DNA of 64,000 nt from Syntrophales bacterium (GCA_963662405.2 CAXXKT010000003.1:256001-320000), one strand, 5' to 3'. Numbered from the stretch's first letter, positions 10,510 to 20,748 are shown. Numbers and translations: made by a program. Notes: generated by a model not told the origin, from the letters alone.

Positions 10510-11391
10510 GTGGATCAGGCCGGAGTGATGAGGAAAATGGTGAAAGAGGGAGTAACACCGATGATCAGGAAAAAAAGATGTCATGATGCGACCCGCGTTA
10601 TTGCCATTACCAGCGGAAAGGGGGGGGTCGGGAAGACGAATATTACGGTGAACTTCGCGTATCTCCTTGCAAAACGAGGGAGGAAGACCCTCTTGCTCGA
10701 TGCGGATACCGGGCTTGCCAATATCGATGTAATCCTTGGGATTGCCCCGCATTATAATCTGTCGCATCTTCTTCATGGGGAGAGGAGCCTGTCGGAAGTC
10801 ATCGTCGAAGGGCCGGGGGGCATCAAGATCCTCCCGTCGGCATCCGGTATTGAAGATATGGCTGAACTGTCGAAAGGACATAAACTGACCCTCCTGGAAG
10901 AGCTTGACGGATTGGACGAGGATATCGATTTTATGCTGATCGACACCGCTGCGGGGATCAGCGGAAACGTCATGTATTTTAATATGGCGGCCAAAGAGGT
11001 GATCGTGGTGGCCTCGACGGAACCGACGTCACTGACCGATGCCTACGCCCTGATCAAGATGCTGTATCAGGGGTACCGCACCCGACGGTTTATGCTGTTG
11101 GTCAATATGGTGAGTGATTCGATTGAAGCCAAGGGGGTGTACGTCCGGCTGAATAATGCGACGAACCATTTTCTGGGTCTTCCGATTGAGTATCTGGGGT
11201 ACATCCCTCTGGACCCGAATATCCCGAAGGCGGTGAAGAAACAGAAGTTGCTGGCGGAGAGCTTTCCCGACTCGAAGGCGACCACCAGTATGATCGAAAT
11301 TATCGAAAAATTGTGCCGGAGGCAGCCCGAAGCGTATGAGAATGGAACCATTAAATTCTTTGACCGGTCCGTCATGGGGAACCGTGGCTGA
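10510..11391 (+). CDS. flhG: MinD-like ATPase FlhG/FleN
   Basis: MDQA N-terminus from GTG after GGAGG; SGKGGVGKT; DADTGLANID. Confidence 0.92.
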   Translation: MDQAGVMRKMVKEGVTPMIRKKRCHDATRVIAITSGKGGVGKTNITVNFAYLLAKRGRKTLLLDADTGLANIDVILGIAPHYNLSHLLHGERSLSEVIVEGPGGIKILPSASGIEDMAELSKGHKLTLLEELDGLDEDIDFMLIDTAAGISGNVMYFNMAAKEVIVVASTEPTSLTDAYALIKMLYQGYRTRRFMLLVNMVSDSIEAKGVYVRLNNATNHFLGLPIEYLGYIPLDPNIPKAVKKQKLLAESFPDSKATTSMIEIIEKLCRRQPEAYENGTIKFFDRSVMGNRG

Positions 11392-12106
11392 AGACAACGA
11401 ACGTGAACAACTGATCATACAGTATATCCCCCTCGTCAAGAATATCGTCGGGAGGATTGCCATGAGACTCCCCTCTCACGTGGGGAAAGACGATCTTGTC
11501 AATGCCGGGATTATCGGACTGATGTCGGCCTTGGAAAAGTATGACGAAACACGAAATGTCCTCTTTGAAACGTACGCGGGGTTCCGGATACGGGGGGCCA
11601 TCCTGGATGAGTTGCGGTCGAGGGATATCGTCTCCCGATCGGACAGAAACAAGGAGACGCGTATTGAGGAGGCCTTTGAGGTATTGCAGAAAGAACTCAG
11701 CCGCAATCCGACGGATGAAGAGGTCGCAAAGCACCTTGATCTATCTCTCGACGACTATTATAAGATGATCAATGATGCAAAAGGGGTCTCTATCCTGAGC
11801 AGCGATGATCTCCCTCCCGATTACTGTGAGAAGCACTCCCAGTCGGAGGTCCTGGAGAAGATCGACGAGAATAACCCCTTTGCTCTCCTGTCTCGGATCG
11901 AGCTGAAAGATACGTTGCGGGATGCCATCGAGGCCCTCCCCGAGAAAGAAGGACTGGTCCTGTCGCTTTATTACTATGAAGAGTTGACATTGAAAGAGAT
12001 CGGTTTAGTCTTGGAACTGTCGGAATCGAGGATCTCACAGCTCCATTCGCAGGCGGTCCTGAGGCTCCGGGGAAGCTTAAGGAAGGTGCACTATGAGGCT
12101 GATTAA
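11384..12106 (+). CDS. fliA: RNA polymerase sigma-28 factor FliA (start uncertain; ORF open from 11336)
   Basis: FETYA.FRIRGAILDELR; LTLKEIG.VL.LSESRISQ. Confidence 0.93.
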   Translation: MAEDNEREQLIIQYIPLVKNIVGRIAMRLPSHVGKDDLVNAGIIGLMSALEKYDETRNVLFETYAGFRIRGAILDELRSRDIVSRSDRNKETRIEEAFEVLQKELSRNPTDEEVAKHLDLSLDDYYKMINDAKGVSILSSDDLPPDYCEKHSQSEVLEKIDENNPFALLSRIELKDTLRDAIEALPEKEGLVLSLYYYEELTLKEIGLVLELSESRISQLHSQAVLRLRGSLRKVHYEAD

Positions 12107-12566
12107 TTTCCTTTCCCCCGCCCGGTGTTTCGGAGGGATACTCGTCACCGGATGCCTGCTTTTGATCCTTCTGCTCGCGGCAGACGGGAATGCATCCGGC
12201 GGTCATATCCGGGAAATCGCCCTCCCGGGATCTATCAGTGAGTCCTCCGCGGAAAGATTCGTCGGCGGGGAGGGCCCCGGCGGGGAGCATTTTGAACGGT
12301 TTGGCGATTTTACCATTCCCCTGAAAGACGCCGCGGGGGGAGACAGGATCCTGGTATGCACCATGATCGTGGCGTTGCATCGAGGGATGGATCTGCCGGA
12401 AGAAAGAACCGGGCTCCGCACGGTTATCTATCGGGTATTGCGGGAACGATCGGGTGCGGCTGAGATGGAAAAAGGACTCAGAAAAGATATCAAAGAACGA
12501 TTGAATATTGCCTTGCGGGGCGATAAGGTACAAGACATCTATTTCACGAGATTTGTCTTATTGTAA
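12093..12566 (+). CDS. FliL-like protein (second, divergent)
   Basis: N-terminal TM; C-terminal VQDIYFTRFVLL like FliL. Confidence 0.65.
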   Translation: MRLINFLSPARCFGGILVTGCLLLILLLAADGNASGGHIREIALPGSISESSAERFVGGEGPGGEHFERFGDFTIPLKDAAGGDRILVCTMIVALHRGMDLPEERTGLRTVIYRVLRERSGAAEMEKGLRKDIKERLNIALRGDKVQDIYFTRFVLL

Positions 12567-12613
12567 AATCGAACGAATGATGCCAAGATCACAAGGAACC
12601 GAGGAGGGGAGGG

Positions 12614-13450
12614 ATGGCGTTGCCACGACAGGAAAGAGGGGATGCTGATACGCTGCTCGCGGGACTGGAAAAAGAATTCGAATCGACCTTCGGAGAACTG
12701 ATCCCCGGTATCATCCATGATTTCGCCAGTCCTTTAAACGGGATTATGGGTCGCTGCGAACTTATGGAGCGGCGGGTGAAGAGGGCCCTCGAACGTATCG
12801 CGGCGGGTGAACATACGGCAGGGGCCGATCTTCTGGAGGATTGTCAAAAGATCTACGCGGATGCCGCCTTGCTTTCGAAGGAGGCCAACCGTCTCTTCGA
12901 CCTTTTCAACAAGGTGTCGGACAAATTTCGGACCATGAGAGACATCACCGCCTTGGGGATCAACCTGTCCGAGCTTGTCGAGGCTGAGGTCAGGTTTCTT
13001 CGCTTCTACCCGGAGATCAAGCACACAATTGATTATACCTTACATCTTGATCCGGAGGTCCCGGAGATCACGGGAATACGTGCCGATTATTCCATGGCCC
13101 TTTCAACCATTATCAGACATGCGATTGATTCGATGAGAGACAGCGAATTGAAAAAGCTGATCATCACCACCGGGTATGACGATTCATATGTCTTTATCAG
13201 GGTCGAGGATACCGGGGTGCCCGGTGATGCCATCCGGGAAGATGGGTCCGGGGGACGTTCCTCCGAATGTCCCGGTGAGAGTCAAGGACTGACAGCCGCC
13301 GTCTCTCTCTTGGAACAGTACGGCGTCCTCTTTGAACAGACCTACGAAGCCGGGATGCATATGACCTCGGTCCGAGTGCCGCATGAGAGGGCCAGCAGGC
13401 CGGGCGACGTGTCATTCGGTACCGGTCGCCCATCACCCCGTGTGGGCTGA
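12614..13450 (+). CDS. Histidine-kinase-like protein with degenerate ATPase domain and no sensor
   Basis: H-box IIHDFASPLNGI; altered N-box (IIRHAIDSM); EDTG; no clear F/G2 box. Confidence 0.7.
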   Translation: MALPRQERGDADTLLAGLEKEFESTFGELIPGIIHDFASPLNGIMGRCELMERRVKRALERIAAGEHTAGADLLEDCQKIYADAALLSKEANRLFDLFNKVSDKFRTMRDITALGINLSELVEAEVRFLRFYPEIKHTIDYTLHLDPEVPEITGIRADYSMALSTIIRHAIDSMRDSELKKLIITTGYDDSYVFIRVEDTGVPGDAIREDGSGGRSSECPGESQGLTAAVSLLEQYGVLFEQTYEAGMHMTSVRVPHERASRPGDVSFGTGRPSPRVG

Positions 13451-13464
13451 GGGACAATTATCGT

Positions 13465-13492
13465 TAAAGAGTGTGACGGATTGTGACGATAG
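13465..13492 (+). promoter_or_regulatory. Possible sigma28 promoter
   Basis: TAAA-N16-GACGATAG upstream of ORF 13558. Confidence 0.4.
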
Positions 13493-13557
13493 GAGGGTAA
13501 AGGTTACGGTGCGATGCGACCTTTTTGATACGGTGTATGAAAAGGGGTGCAACAGAT

Positions 13558-13863
13558 ATGGTCAGGTCCCTTGATATCCAACAGGTGCTTATGCAATCCA
13601 ACGCGGTAGAGCGTGTTCAACAGGTCCAACAGCAGCAAGGAGACGCTCAGCAGAGATATTGTCATGCCCGGTTGGTCGAGGAAGAGCGGGAACAAAGGGA
13701 GAAGGTCAAGGATCCTCGGGAAGCGGATCGGCTCATGATCAAAGCGGAAGATGAACGGGAAAAGGGAGAGGGAAATCGGGGGAGAGGCGGTACTCAGAGG
13801 GAGCGGAAAGAGGATGCCGCCGATGATGGTGAACCGGAAGGAAGGATTGATATAAGGGTTTAG
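13558..13863 (+). CDS. Hypothetical charged protein in flagellar cluster
   Basis: Co-oriented ORF tightly coupled to the next gene; ends GRIDIRV. Confidence 0.65.
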   Translation: MVRSLDIQQVLMQSNAVERVQQVQQQQGDAQQRYCHARLVEEEREQREKVKDPREADRLMIKAEDEREKGEGNRGRGGTQRERKEDAADDGEPEGRIDIRV

Positions 13864-13864
13864 A

Positions 13865-14332
13865 ATGACAGCAGAACTTTTGGTGGGGCTTCAGATCGTT
13901 GCCGATATCGCACTCCTTGTCGCCATCCTGTTCCTTGTCTGGGCGGTGAACCGCGAGAGGAAAAAGAATCCTCCCGGTGTCGATGCGAAGACGTTTGCCG
14001 AATTCAAGCAATTGATAGAAGAATCCCGATCTTCGTCGGAAGAACTGTTTCGGGCATTGCATGAGATGAGAGAACTGGCAGCTGTCCTCGACGCGAAGGA
14101 GAAGCGATTGATGGCCCGTGCCCACGAACCGGATACCGTGGAGGAGAGACGAAAATCGAAAAACCCGGGGCGCGAGGAGAAATACGAAAATGCCGTAGAA
14201 ATGGCGAGGCATGGCGCGACCGCCAAGGAGATAGCCGATGTGCTGAACGTAACCGAAGGAGAGATCGCCCTTATCCTGGATCTCCATCGAAAAGAGAATG
14301 AAAATCATCCCAACCACGTCGGTATCCTCTAA
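13865..14332 (+). CDS. Membrane-anchored coiled-coil protein with C-terminal HTH-like motif (DUF2802-like)
   Basis: TM, coiled coil, YENAVEMARHGATAKEIADVL..TEGEIALI. Confidence 0.65.
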   Translation: MTAELLVGLQIVADIALLVAILFLVWAVNRERKKNPPGVDAKTFAEFKQLIEESRSSSEELFRALHEMRELAAVLDAKEKRLMARAHEPDTVEERRKSKNPGREEKYENAVEMARHGATAKEIADVLNVTEGEIALILDLHRKENENHPNHVGIL

Positions 14333-15443
14333 ACCAAACACCCTGTTACAGATCCCCCGGACGGCTGCATCGTTGCCTCCCCTTTCCGTCGGTGAGGTCG
14401 CGGAGGCACGTATCATGGAAGGCTCTCGACAGGGAAAGACGACGATCCTGCTGAAAGGGATGACGGTCACGGTGGATTCCGAAGTGCCGCTTCTGAAGGG
14501 GGAACGAGTGACGGTCCGGGTTGCCCGGCTTCATCCCGGGGTCATCCTCCGGATTATCCAAGGCGGCATCATAGAGAAGGCCGGATTGCTCGATTACCTC
14601 AGACTGTTCCGTTCAAACCCCGAGGCCCTCTCCGATCTTCTGGTAGAGGGAAACAGACAGTTTAGCCCCGATACATTAGGCGAACTTGCGGCACATATCG
14701 GGATCGACGACGCAAAGAGGCTGTATCATATGGTACGGTCCCTGCTCTTCTCAGGGGAAAGTCTGAAAAATCCTCTTTTCCTGAGGGAGTATCTCCACAC
14801 ACTCGGGTATCTGATGGAGCATGCACGAGGGGAGACGCTCAAGGGAAAGACCGGAAGAGGACAGTCCCCCACGGATTCTTCTCCGAACCTCAAGGGAATC
14901 CTGATGAAGGTGGCCGACCGGCTCCAGCCCTTACTGAGAACCGGGGATTTCCCTGCGGCGGAAAAACTTGCCGGATTTGTCCGCTCATCACTGCAGGCAA
15001 TCCATTCACACCAGGTCATCAACTATCTCTTTCAGGAACATGAGGACAAGTATCTGTTTCAGATCCCCCTTCTCTTCCCCGAGAACAATGGACGGGCGGA
15101 GATATTTGTCAAGTTCGGAGACCGAGATTCACCGGGGGATACACGCGGCGGGGGGAAGAAGATCTTGTTTCTTCTCAATATGGACGCCCTGGGGGAGATC
15201 ATCGCCGAGGCGGGAATCTCCGGCAATAAGATAAACTGTGTATTGAAGTGCGCCGACGGAGACATCGGCGATTTTATCAAACCCTTTCTTCAGGAGTTGG
15301 GAGGGGGGCTGGCGGCCCTGGGGTACGAGGTCGAATCCCTGCAGTGTGTGGTCAGTCATCGTGACACGTCGGAGATACGAGAGACGGTCTCCCGTGAATT
15401 TCAGGACCTCTTTACTCTGGATGAGATTGATCTCCTGGCGTGA
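14298..15443 (+). CDS. FliK-like hook-length control protein
   Basis: C-terminal FLLNMDALGEI...L..LGY fold; precedes an FlhB-C-like gene. Confidence 0.6.
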   Translation: MKIIPTTSVSSKPNTLLQIPRTAASLPPLSVGEVAEARIMEGSRQGKTTILLKGMTVTVDSEVPLLKGERVTVRVARLHPGVILRIIQGGIIEKAGLLDYLRLFRSNPEALSDLLVEGNRQFSPDTLGELAAHIGIDDAKRLYHMVRSLLFSGESLKNPLFLREYLHTLGYLMEHARGETLKGKTGRGQSPTDSSPNLKGILMKVADRLQPLLRTGDFPAAEKLAGFVRSSLQAIHSHQVINYLFQEHEDKYLFQIPLLFPENNGRAEIFVKFGDRDSPGDTRGGGKKILFLLNMDALGEIIAEAGISGNKINCVLKCADGDIGDFIKPFLQELGGGLAALGYEVESLQCVVSHRDTSEIRETVSREFQDLFTLDEIDLLA

Positions 15444-15499
15444 GCGGGACCCATCACCGGGTATCGGAGGGCCGACATCAACTGATACAAGAGATACCC

Positions 15500-15799
15500 A
15501 TGAAAAGACCGACGGATACAGACAAGAACAGCACCGCCGTTGCCGCCGCTTTGGAATACGATCGGTCGAGCGATGCCGCTCCGCGCGTGACCGCCCGAGG
15601 GAGGGGGGGCACGGCTGAAAGGATTATCGCGCTTGCGCGGGAGCATGGCGTACCGATCAAGGAAGATCCTGCGCTGGCACAGGTCTTGAGCCGGCTTGAT
15701 ATCGATGAGCAGATTCCCGCTGAGCTGTATCGGGCCGTTGCAGAAATACTATCCTTTGTCTATCGTCTGAATGATCGATACCGGGACACCCCGAAATGA
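15500..15799 (+). CDS. Stand-alone FlhB C-terminal-like protein (EscU/YscU/HrcU family)
   Basis: AALEY..APRVTARG.G..AERII; IPAELYRAVAEILSFVY. Confidence 0.88.
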   Translation: MKRPTDTDKNSTAVAAALEYDRSSDAAPRVTARGRGGTAERIIALAREHGVPIKEDPALAQVLSRLDIDEQIPAELYRAVAEILSFVYRLNDRYRDTPK

Positions 15800-15987
15800 T
15801 GAGTCCGATGGGAGCGGGGTGATCGATGACGGTGGAAGAGGGGAAATTCTTTCCTCCTGTTGACATACTGCCCGTCACACTATTGACGCACGGCCGTGCG
15901 GGATACGACACGTCCCCGGACGCGTCCCTTTCGTGTTGCCCCGGCGCCGGGATGCCCCGCCGGGGGGCGGCACGATAAACCCATATA

Positions 15988-16000
15988 AATCAATAAATTA
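15988..16000 (+). promoter_or_regulatory. IHF binding site
   Basis: AATCAATAAATTA matches WATCAANNNNTTR, about 90 nt upstream of a sigma54 promoter. Confidence 0.6.
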
Positions 16001-16091
16001 TAAAAATAATCTTGCCTCTGCCTGACGCCCTGATCGGACGATGCCGTTTTCGGGGATCCGTTTTTGATCGGCAGTGTCCTCTTTGTCTTTG

Positions 16092-16107
16092 TGGCATACA
16101 ACTTGCG
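16092..16107 (+). promoter_or_regulatory. sigma54 (-24/-12) promoter of the flgF operon
   Basis: TGGCATACAACTTGCG with GG-N10-GC. Confidence 0.8.
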
Positions 16108-16140
16108 ATAGCTTCCATACCGGAAAGGCAGGGACGAAGG

Positions 16141-16833
16141 ATGATCAGTGGAAGCGGAATCAGTGCAATGGTTGATGGGGCCATCAGACAGACACGGCGG
16201 CTTGACAATACCGTACGCAATCTTTCCAATACCGGTACAACGAGTTTCAAGGCGGAACGGATCGATTTCCTGAGGGGAGACGCCGATCAGGGGGCGGTGA
16301 CGACGATTGATTATTCTCAGGGGGCGATGGAGCGGACCGGCAATGTCCTGGACCTGGCATTACAGGGGGAGGGATTCTTGACCCTGCAGACAAAGGATGG
16401 GATTGCCTATACGAGGGACGGAAGGATGACGATCAGCGAAGACGGAAAATTAGTTTCCCTCTCCGGTGAGGATGTCCTTGGTGAGGGCGGTACGATTACC
16501 CTCTCGGGAAATGATATCCGGATCCTTGAAGACGGTACCATCCGTGTCGATGGTGCCGATGTCGATACCTTGAAGATCGTCACTTTTCAGAACCCCTCCG
16601 CCCTGATCAGGCTCAACAGTCGTCTCTATCAGGATCTCGGTGATGGGGCGGATGCCGGGGACGGAGATGATGTGCAGGTCAAGGCGGGATATCTGGAATT
16701 GTCCAATGTCCAGGCCATCCGGGAGATGGTTGAGATGATCAATATCCAACGAACCTTCGAGTCATACCAGAAGGCGATTCAGACCATGGACGAGCAGAAC
16801 GAACTGTCCACTAATCGCATCGGAAAACTGTAA
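16141..16833 (+). CDS. flgF: Flagellar basal-body rod protein FlgF
   Basis: NLSN..T..FK, TGN.LDLALQGEGF, YTRDG, GYLELSNV; start placed after the sigma54 promoter. Confidence 0.88.
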   Translation: MISGSGISAMVDGAIRQTRRLDNTVRNLSNTGTTSFKAERIDFLRGDADQGAVTTIDYSQGAMERTGNVLDLALQGEGFLTLQTKDGIAYTRDGRMTISEDGKLVSLSGEDVLGEGGTITLSGNDIRILEDGTIRVDGADVDTLKIVTFQNPSALIRLNSRLYQDLGDGADAGDGDDVQVKAGYLELSNVQAIREMVEMINIQRTFESYQKAIQTMDEQNELSTNRIGKL

Positions 16834-16851
16834 CAAAAGGGGAGCAAAACA

Positions 16852-17634
16852 ATGATACGAGCATTATGGACCGCTGCAAACGGTATGGAGGCGCAACAGA
16901 TCACCCAGGATGTCATCGCAAACAACCTGGCCAACATCAATACCGTGGGTTTTAAAAAGGCGCGGGCCGATTTCCAGGATCTCATGTATCAGGTGCAGAC
17001 CAAGTCGGGTGCGGAGACATCGGGGGGGAGTCAGTTGCCGGTCGGGATAGAGATCGGTATGGGGGTAAAACCGGTTGCCGTCCAGAAGATGTTTACCCAG
17101 GGTGATTACGAACAGACCGACAGCTCGTTCGACTTAGCTATCGAGGGGGATGGCTTCTTCCAGCTCGATGATAATGGAACCACCGTGTACACCCGCGCGG
17201 GCAGCTTCAAGACCGACAAGGATGGCGCCCTGTGCAATTCAGAAGGGATCAAGCTGATACCCGAGGTCACCATTCCCGGCGAGATGGTGAATTTTACCGT
17301 CGACAGCGGTGGGACCTGGACGGCGACGGATGAAACCGGCGTTTCGCTGGCGACCGGCAGGATAGAGCTTGCCCGGTTTATCAATCCCGCCGGCCTGACC
17401 AGCCTGGGGAGGAATCTCTATGATAAGACGGAGGCCTCCGGCGAAGCGATGACCGGGAATCCCGGCGAGTCGGGACTGGGGACCCTTTCTCAGAATTTTC
17501 TGGAGATGTCGAACGTGAATGTCGTGGATGAGATGGTCAAGATGATCGTCGGTCAACGGGCGTATGAAATCAATTCCAAAGCGATCCAGACGGCGGATTC
17601 CATGATGCAGATGGTGAATAATCTCAAGAGGTAA
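16852..17634 (+). CDS. flgG: Flagellar distal rod protein FlgG
   Basis: ANNLANINTVGFKK.RA.FQDL; LEMSNVNVVDEMV.MI..QRAYEINSK. Confidence 0.95.
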   Translation: MIRALWTAANGMEAQQITQDVIANNLANINTVGFKKARADFQDLMYQVQTKSGAETSGGSQLPVGIEIGMGVKPVAVQKMFTQGDYEQTDSSFDLAIEGDGFFQLDDNGTTVYTRAGSFKTDKDGALCNSEGIKLIPEVTIPGEMVNFTVDSGGTWTATDETGVSLATGRIELARFINPAGLTSLGRNLYDKTEASGEAMTGNPGESGLGTLSQNFLEMSNVNVVDEMVKMIVGQRAYEINSKAIQTADSMMQMVNNLKR

Positions 17635-17641
17635 TGGAGGA

Positions 17642-18382
17642 ATGTCGGTGAAGGCGTTTGGCGAGATGATCAAGCGAAGCCACCTCGTTATCGGTGTTGC
17701 GTGTATTATCCTCTTCAGCTTGTGCCCTGGTACGGCCCCGGGGGCGATCATCCGAAGTGAGGATATCGCCGAGGCCGTCAAGACCTACGTCGAGGAACAG
17801 TCATTCTGGCCCGGTGACGCGGTACGGATGGAATTTCGCGGTTCGATCCCCGATGTGGACCTGGGAACGGATGCCGTCACGTGGCGGGTACAGTGCAGGA
17901 GAAACGAGGACTTTATCGGAAATACCGTCTTCTCGATCAGTTTTTATGAGGATGGCGCCTTCCTCGGGAGGCGGACCGTCAGGGTGCGGTTGGAAGTCCT
18001 GATGGATGTAGTGGTCAGCTCTCGGTCCCTGAGGAGGGATGAGGTGATTGGTCGCGGTGATATCAGGGTGGTCGAACGGTGGTTTGCGCGACCACCGCAT
18101 AATATTATTTCGGATTCCGATGAGATTGTGGGTAAGAAGCTGCGACGGAGCGTCAAGCCGAATACCGAGATCACCAAAAACATAGTGCGGGATGTCCCGG
18201 TCGTCAAGAAGGGGAAGCCGGTAAAGATTATAGTTGAAAACGGTCTCCTGGGCATGACGACGTTCGGTATATCGGAACAGGACGGGATGTGCGGTGAACT
18301 GATCAAGGTCAGGAACGTCACGTCCAAAAAGATGATCTATGCCCGGGTGATGGCTGATTCCCTGGTGAAGGTGGAGTTTTAG
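17642..18382 (+). CDS. flgA: P-ring chaperone FlgA
   Basis: Signal peptide, SAF-like domain, G..GELIKVRN..SKK; lies between flgG and flgH. Confidence 0.88.
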   Translation: MSVKAFGEMIKRSHLVIGVACIILFSLCPGTAPGAIIRSEDIAEAVKTYVEEQSFWPGDAVRMEFRGSIPDVDLGTDAVTWRVQCRRNEDFIGNTVFSISFYEDGAFLGRRTVRVRLEVLMDVVVSSRSLRRDEVIGRGDIRVVERWFARPPHNIISDSDEIVGKKLRRSVKPNTEITKNIVRDVPVVKKGKPVKIIVENGLLGMTTFGISEQDGMCGELIKVRNVTSKKMIYARVMADSLVKVEF

Positions 18383-18384
18383 GT

Positions 18385-19122
18385 ATGAAGCGGCGATTGT
18401 CTGCAGGTGCCATGGTATGGGGGATCATATCTCTGCTCATTGCCACCGGATGTTCCCCGAGTCGCGACATGGTGAAGAAAGATGAATTCACACCTGTTCG
18501 GGTGCCCGAGGTAGTCTCCTCCCAACCGGTGGGGACAATATGGCCGGGTGAAAACGCGAAGAATTCACTCTTTACCGACAACAAGGCCCGGCATGTCGGT
18601 GATATCGTGACCATCCTCATTAATGAATCGTCCTCAGGGAGCAATACCGCCAATACGTCGACCTCCCGTGATACCGAGACGCTTGCGGGGATATCATCCC
18701 TCCTGGGATACGAAAAAAAACTTGCCCGAATGAATAAGGACCTGACGGACGGAGAGGATGTCTATAGCGCGGGGCTGCTCCCCTCGATCCAGGTTGGTGG
18801 TTCCTCCTCGAACAACCTGACGGGGAAGGGAAGCACGACCCGTGCCGGTAAACTCCAGGCGAGGATAACGGCCAAGGTGATGGAGGTGCTTCCCAACGGG
18901 AACCTGGAAATAGAGGGAAGGCGGTGGTTGGCCGTCAATGCTGAAGATCAGTATATCATTATCTCGGGTACCGTGAGACCCGACGATATTACCTCGGACA
19001 ACATGGTGTCTTCGGAGTACATCGCAGACGCCAGGATTGCCTACAGCGGCAAAGGTGTGGTGAATGACAAGATGAGACCGGGCTGGCTGACGCGCATCGT
19101 CGACTGGGCCTGGCCGTTCTGA
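18385..19122 (+). CDS. flgH: L-ring protein FlgH
   Basis: Lipobox ATGC; LFTD.KAR.VGDIVTI; VLPNGNL.IEG; PGWLTR. Confidence 0.95.
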   Translation: MKRRLSAGAMVWGIISLLIATGCSPSRDMVKKDEFTPVRVPEVVSSQPVGTIWPGENAKNSLFTDNKARHVGDIVTILINESSSGSNTANTSTSRDTETLAGISSLLGYEKKLARMNKDLTDGEDVYSAGLLPSIQVGGSSSNNLTGKGSTTRAGKLQARITAKVMEVLPNGNLEIEGRRWLAVNAEDQYIIISGTVRPDDITSDNMVSSEYIADARIAYSGKGVVNDKMRPGWLTRIVDWAWPF

Positions 19123-19144
19123 TCGACATGGGATACGGAATCGC

Positions 19145-20317
19145 ATGAAAACAAAAACGATAACACAAATCATCTCCGTGATGACGATCCTGTTTTTTGC
19201 ATCACAGGCATCCGCCGCTCGCATTAAGGATGTCGCCGATATCGGGGGGGTCAGAGACAACCAGTTGATCGGTTACGGTCTGGTAGTCGGGCTGGCGGGA
19301 ACGGGCGATGATATCGAAAACGGGTTTACCAAGGAGACCCTGGCCAACATGCTGAGCAGGCAGGGGTTGGGGATGAAAGAGGAATCCCGAGAGGCACTGG
19401 ATTCGGATAATGTGGCGTCGGTAATGGTCAGCGCCGCACTTCCCCCCTTTGCCAAGGTGGGAACGAGGATAGACGTGACGGTCTCTTCCATCGGTGATGC
19501 GGAGAGTCTGCGGGGAGGAACCCTGCTGATGACCCCGCTGAAGGGGGCGGACGGGAAGGTGTACGCCGTGGCGCAGGGAGCACTTTCCGTCGGAGGGTTT
19601 GCAGCCGGTGGAAGCAGCGCGGGTATTTCCAAGAATCACCCCACCGCCGGCCGGATCACCAATGGTGCCTTTGTCGAGAGGGAGTTGGTATACGATTTTG
19701 AAACACGGCGTTCACTTACCATCAATCTCCATCGACCCGATTTCACCACGGCGAGAGGGGTGGCGGCGGCCATTGATGCCATGGGAGAGGGGGTGGCGGC
19801 GAAGCTGGTTGATTCATCGACGGTTGCCGTCGATCTGGGAGTATCCTTTCAAGGGAACATTGTCGAATTTATCTCCAAGATCGAGAATATCAACGTTGAG
19901 GTCGATTCACCGGCGGTGGTGGTTATCGACGAGAAGACCGGGACCATCGTCATGGGGGAGAACGTAAGAATATCAACGGTTGCCGTTGCCCATGGGAACC
20001 TGTACATCCAGATAAAAGAAAAAAAGGATGTGTCGCAACCGGCCCCTTTTGCCCCCGCACCTCCTGCCGGTAGCAGGCCGGTCGACGCGGGAGGAGGGAC
20101 GGTTGTTGCTCCCGGCGGCCAGACGGTGATCACGACCGACACGGAGATCGGTGTTGAGGAGGAAAAAAACCGTCTCATGGTGGTGCCGCGAGGGGTCACG
20201 ATCCAGGAGGTCGTCAAGGCGCTCAACGCGATTGGCGTGACACCAGGGGATCTGATCACCATACTTCAGACGATCAAGTCCGCGGGCGCGCTCCAGGCGG
20301 ACCTGAAATTGATCTAG
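19145..20317 (+). CDS. flgI: P-ring protein FlgI
   Basis: RIKD....GVRDNQLIGYGLVVGLAGTGD. Confidence 0.96.
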   Translation: MKTKTITQIISVMTILFFASQASAARIKDVADIGGVRDNQLIGYGLVVGLAGTGDDIENGFTKETLANMLSRQGLGMKEESREALDSDNVASVMVSAALPPFAKVGTRIDVTVSSIGDAESLRGGTLLMTPLKGADGKVYAVAQGALSVGGFAAGGSSAGISKNHPTAGRITNGAFVERELVYDFETRRSLTINLHRPDFTTARGVAAAIDAMGEGVAAKLVDSSTVAVDLGVSFQGNIVEFISKIENINVEVDSPAVVVIDEKTGTIVMGENVRISTVAVAHGNLYIQIKEKKDVSQPAPFAPAPPAGSRPVDAGGGTVVAPGGQTVITTDTEIGVEEEKNRLMVVPRGVTIQEVVKALNAIGVTPGDLITILQTIKSAGALQADLKLI

Positions 20318-20327
20318 AGGAGGACGA

Positions 20328-20663
20328 ATGGAAGGGATTATCGTATCGGAATCGGCAGCGAAGATGACCCCGGCGGGGAACGGGACGAGCCGGCCCGGCG
20401 AAAAACGGGGAGAGATCACCGACGCGCGGCTCAGAAAGGCGTGTGCCGATTTCGAATCCATCTTCATCAGCTACCTGTTCAAGACCATGCGGAGTACGAT
20501 TCCGGAGAGCGGCTTGAACAGTTTTCCCGGCAAGGATATGTATACCATGCTCCTTGATCAGAAGGTAGCTGAAGACCTTGCCGAGAGGAACGGCGGTATG
20601 GGCATGCAGGAGATGCTCTTCCGCCAGCTTGGCGGAGTGCGCCAATCGGATGGAGAGGAGTAA
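20328..20663 (+). CDS. flgJ: FlgJ, rod-binding domain only
   Basis: LRKAC.DFES.F...L.K.MR; no muramidase domain. Confidence 0.85.
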   Translation: MEGIIVSESAAKMTPAGNGTSRPGEKRGEITDARLRKACADFESIFISYLFKTMRSTIPESGLNSFPGKDMYTMLLDQKVAEDLAERNGGMGMQEMLFRQLGGVRQSDGEE

Positions 20664-20748
20664 CAGCAGGAATCGGAGGGAGGAACTGATAGTCGTACCC
20701 CTTCAATAATTTAAAGATCAATGATAATAGATGTATAGCATGGCCGGC

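Noticed and set aside
20328..20663. flgJ as a pseudogene
   Set aside because: Rod-binding-only FlgJ is a normal form in many lineages
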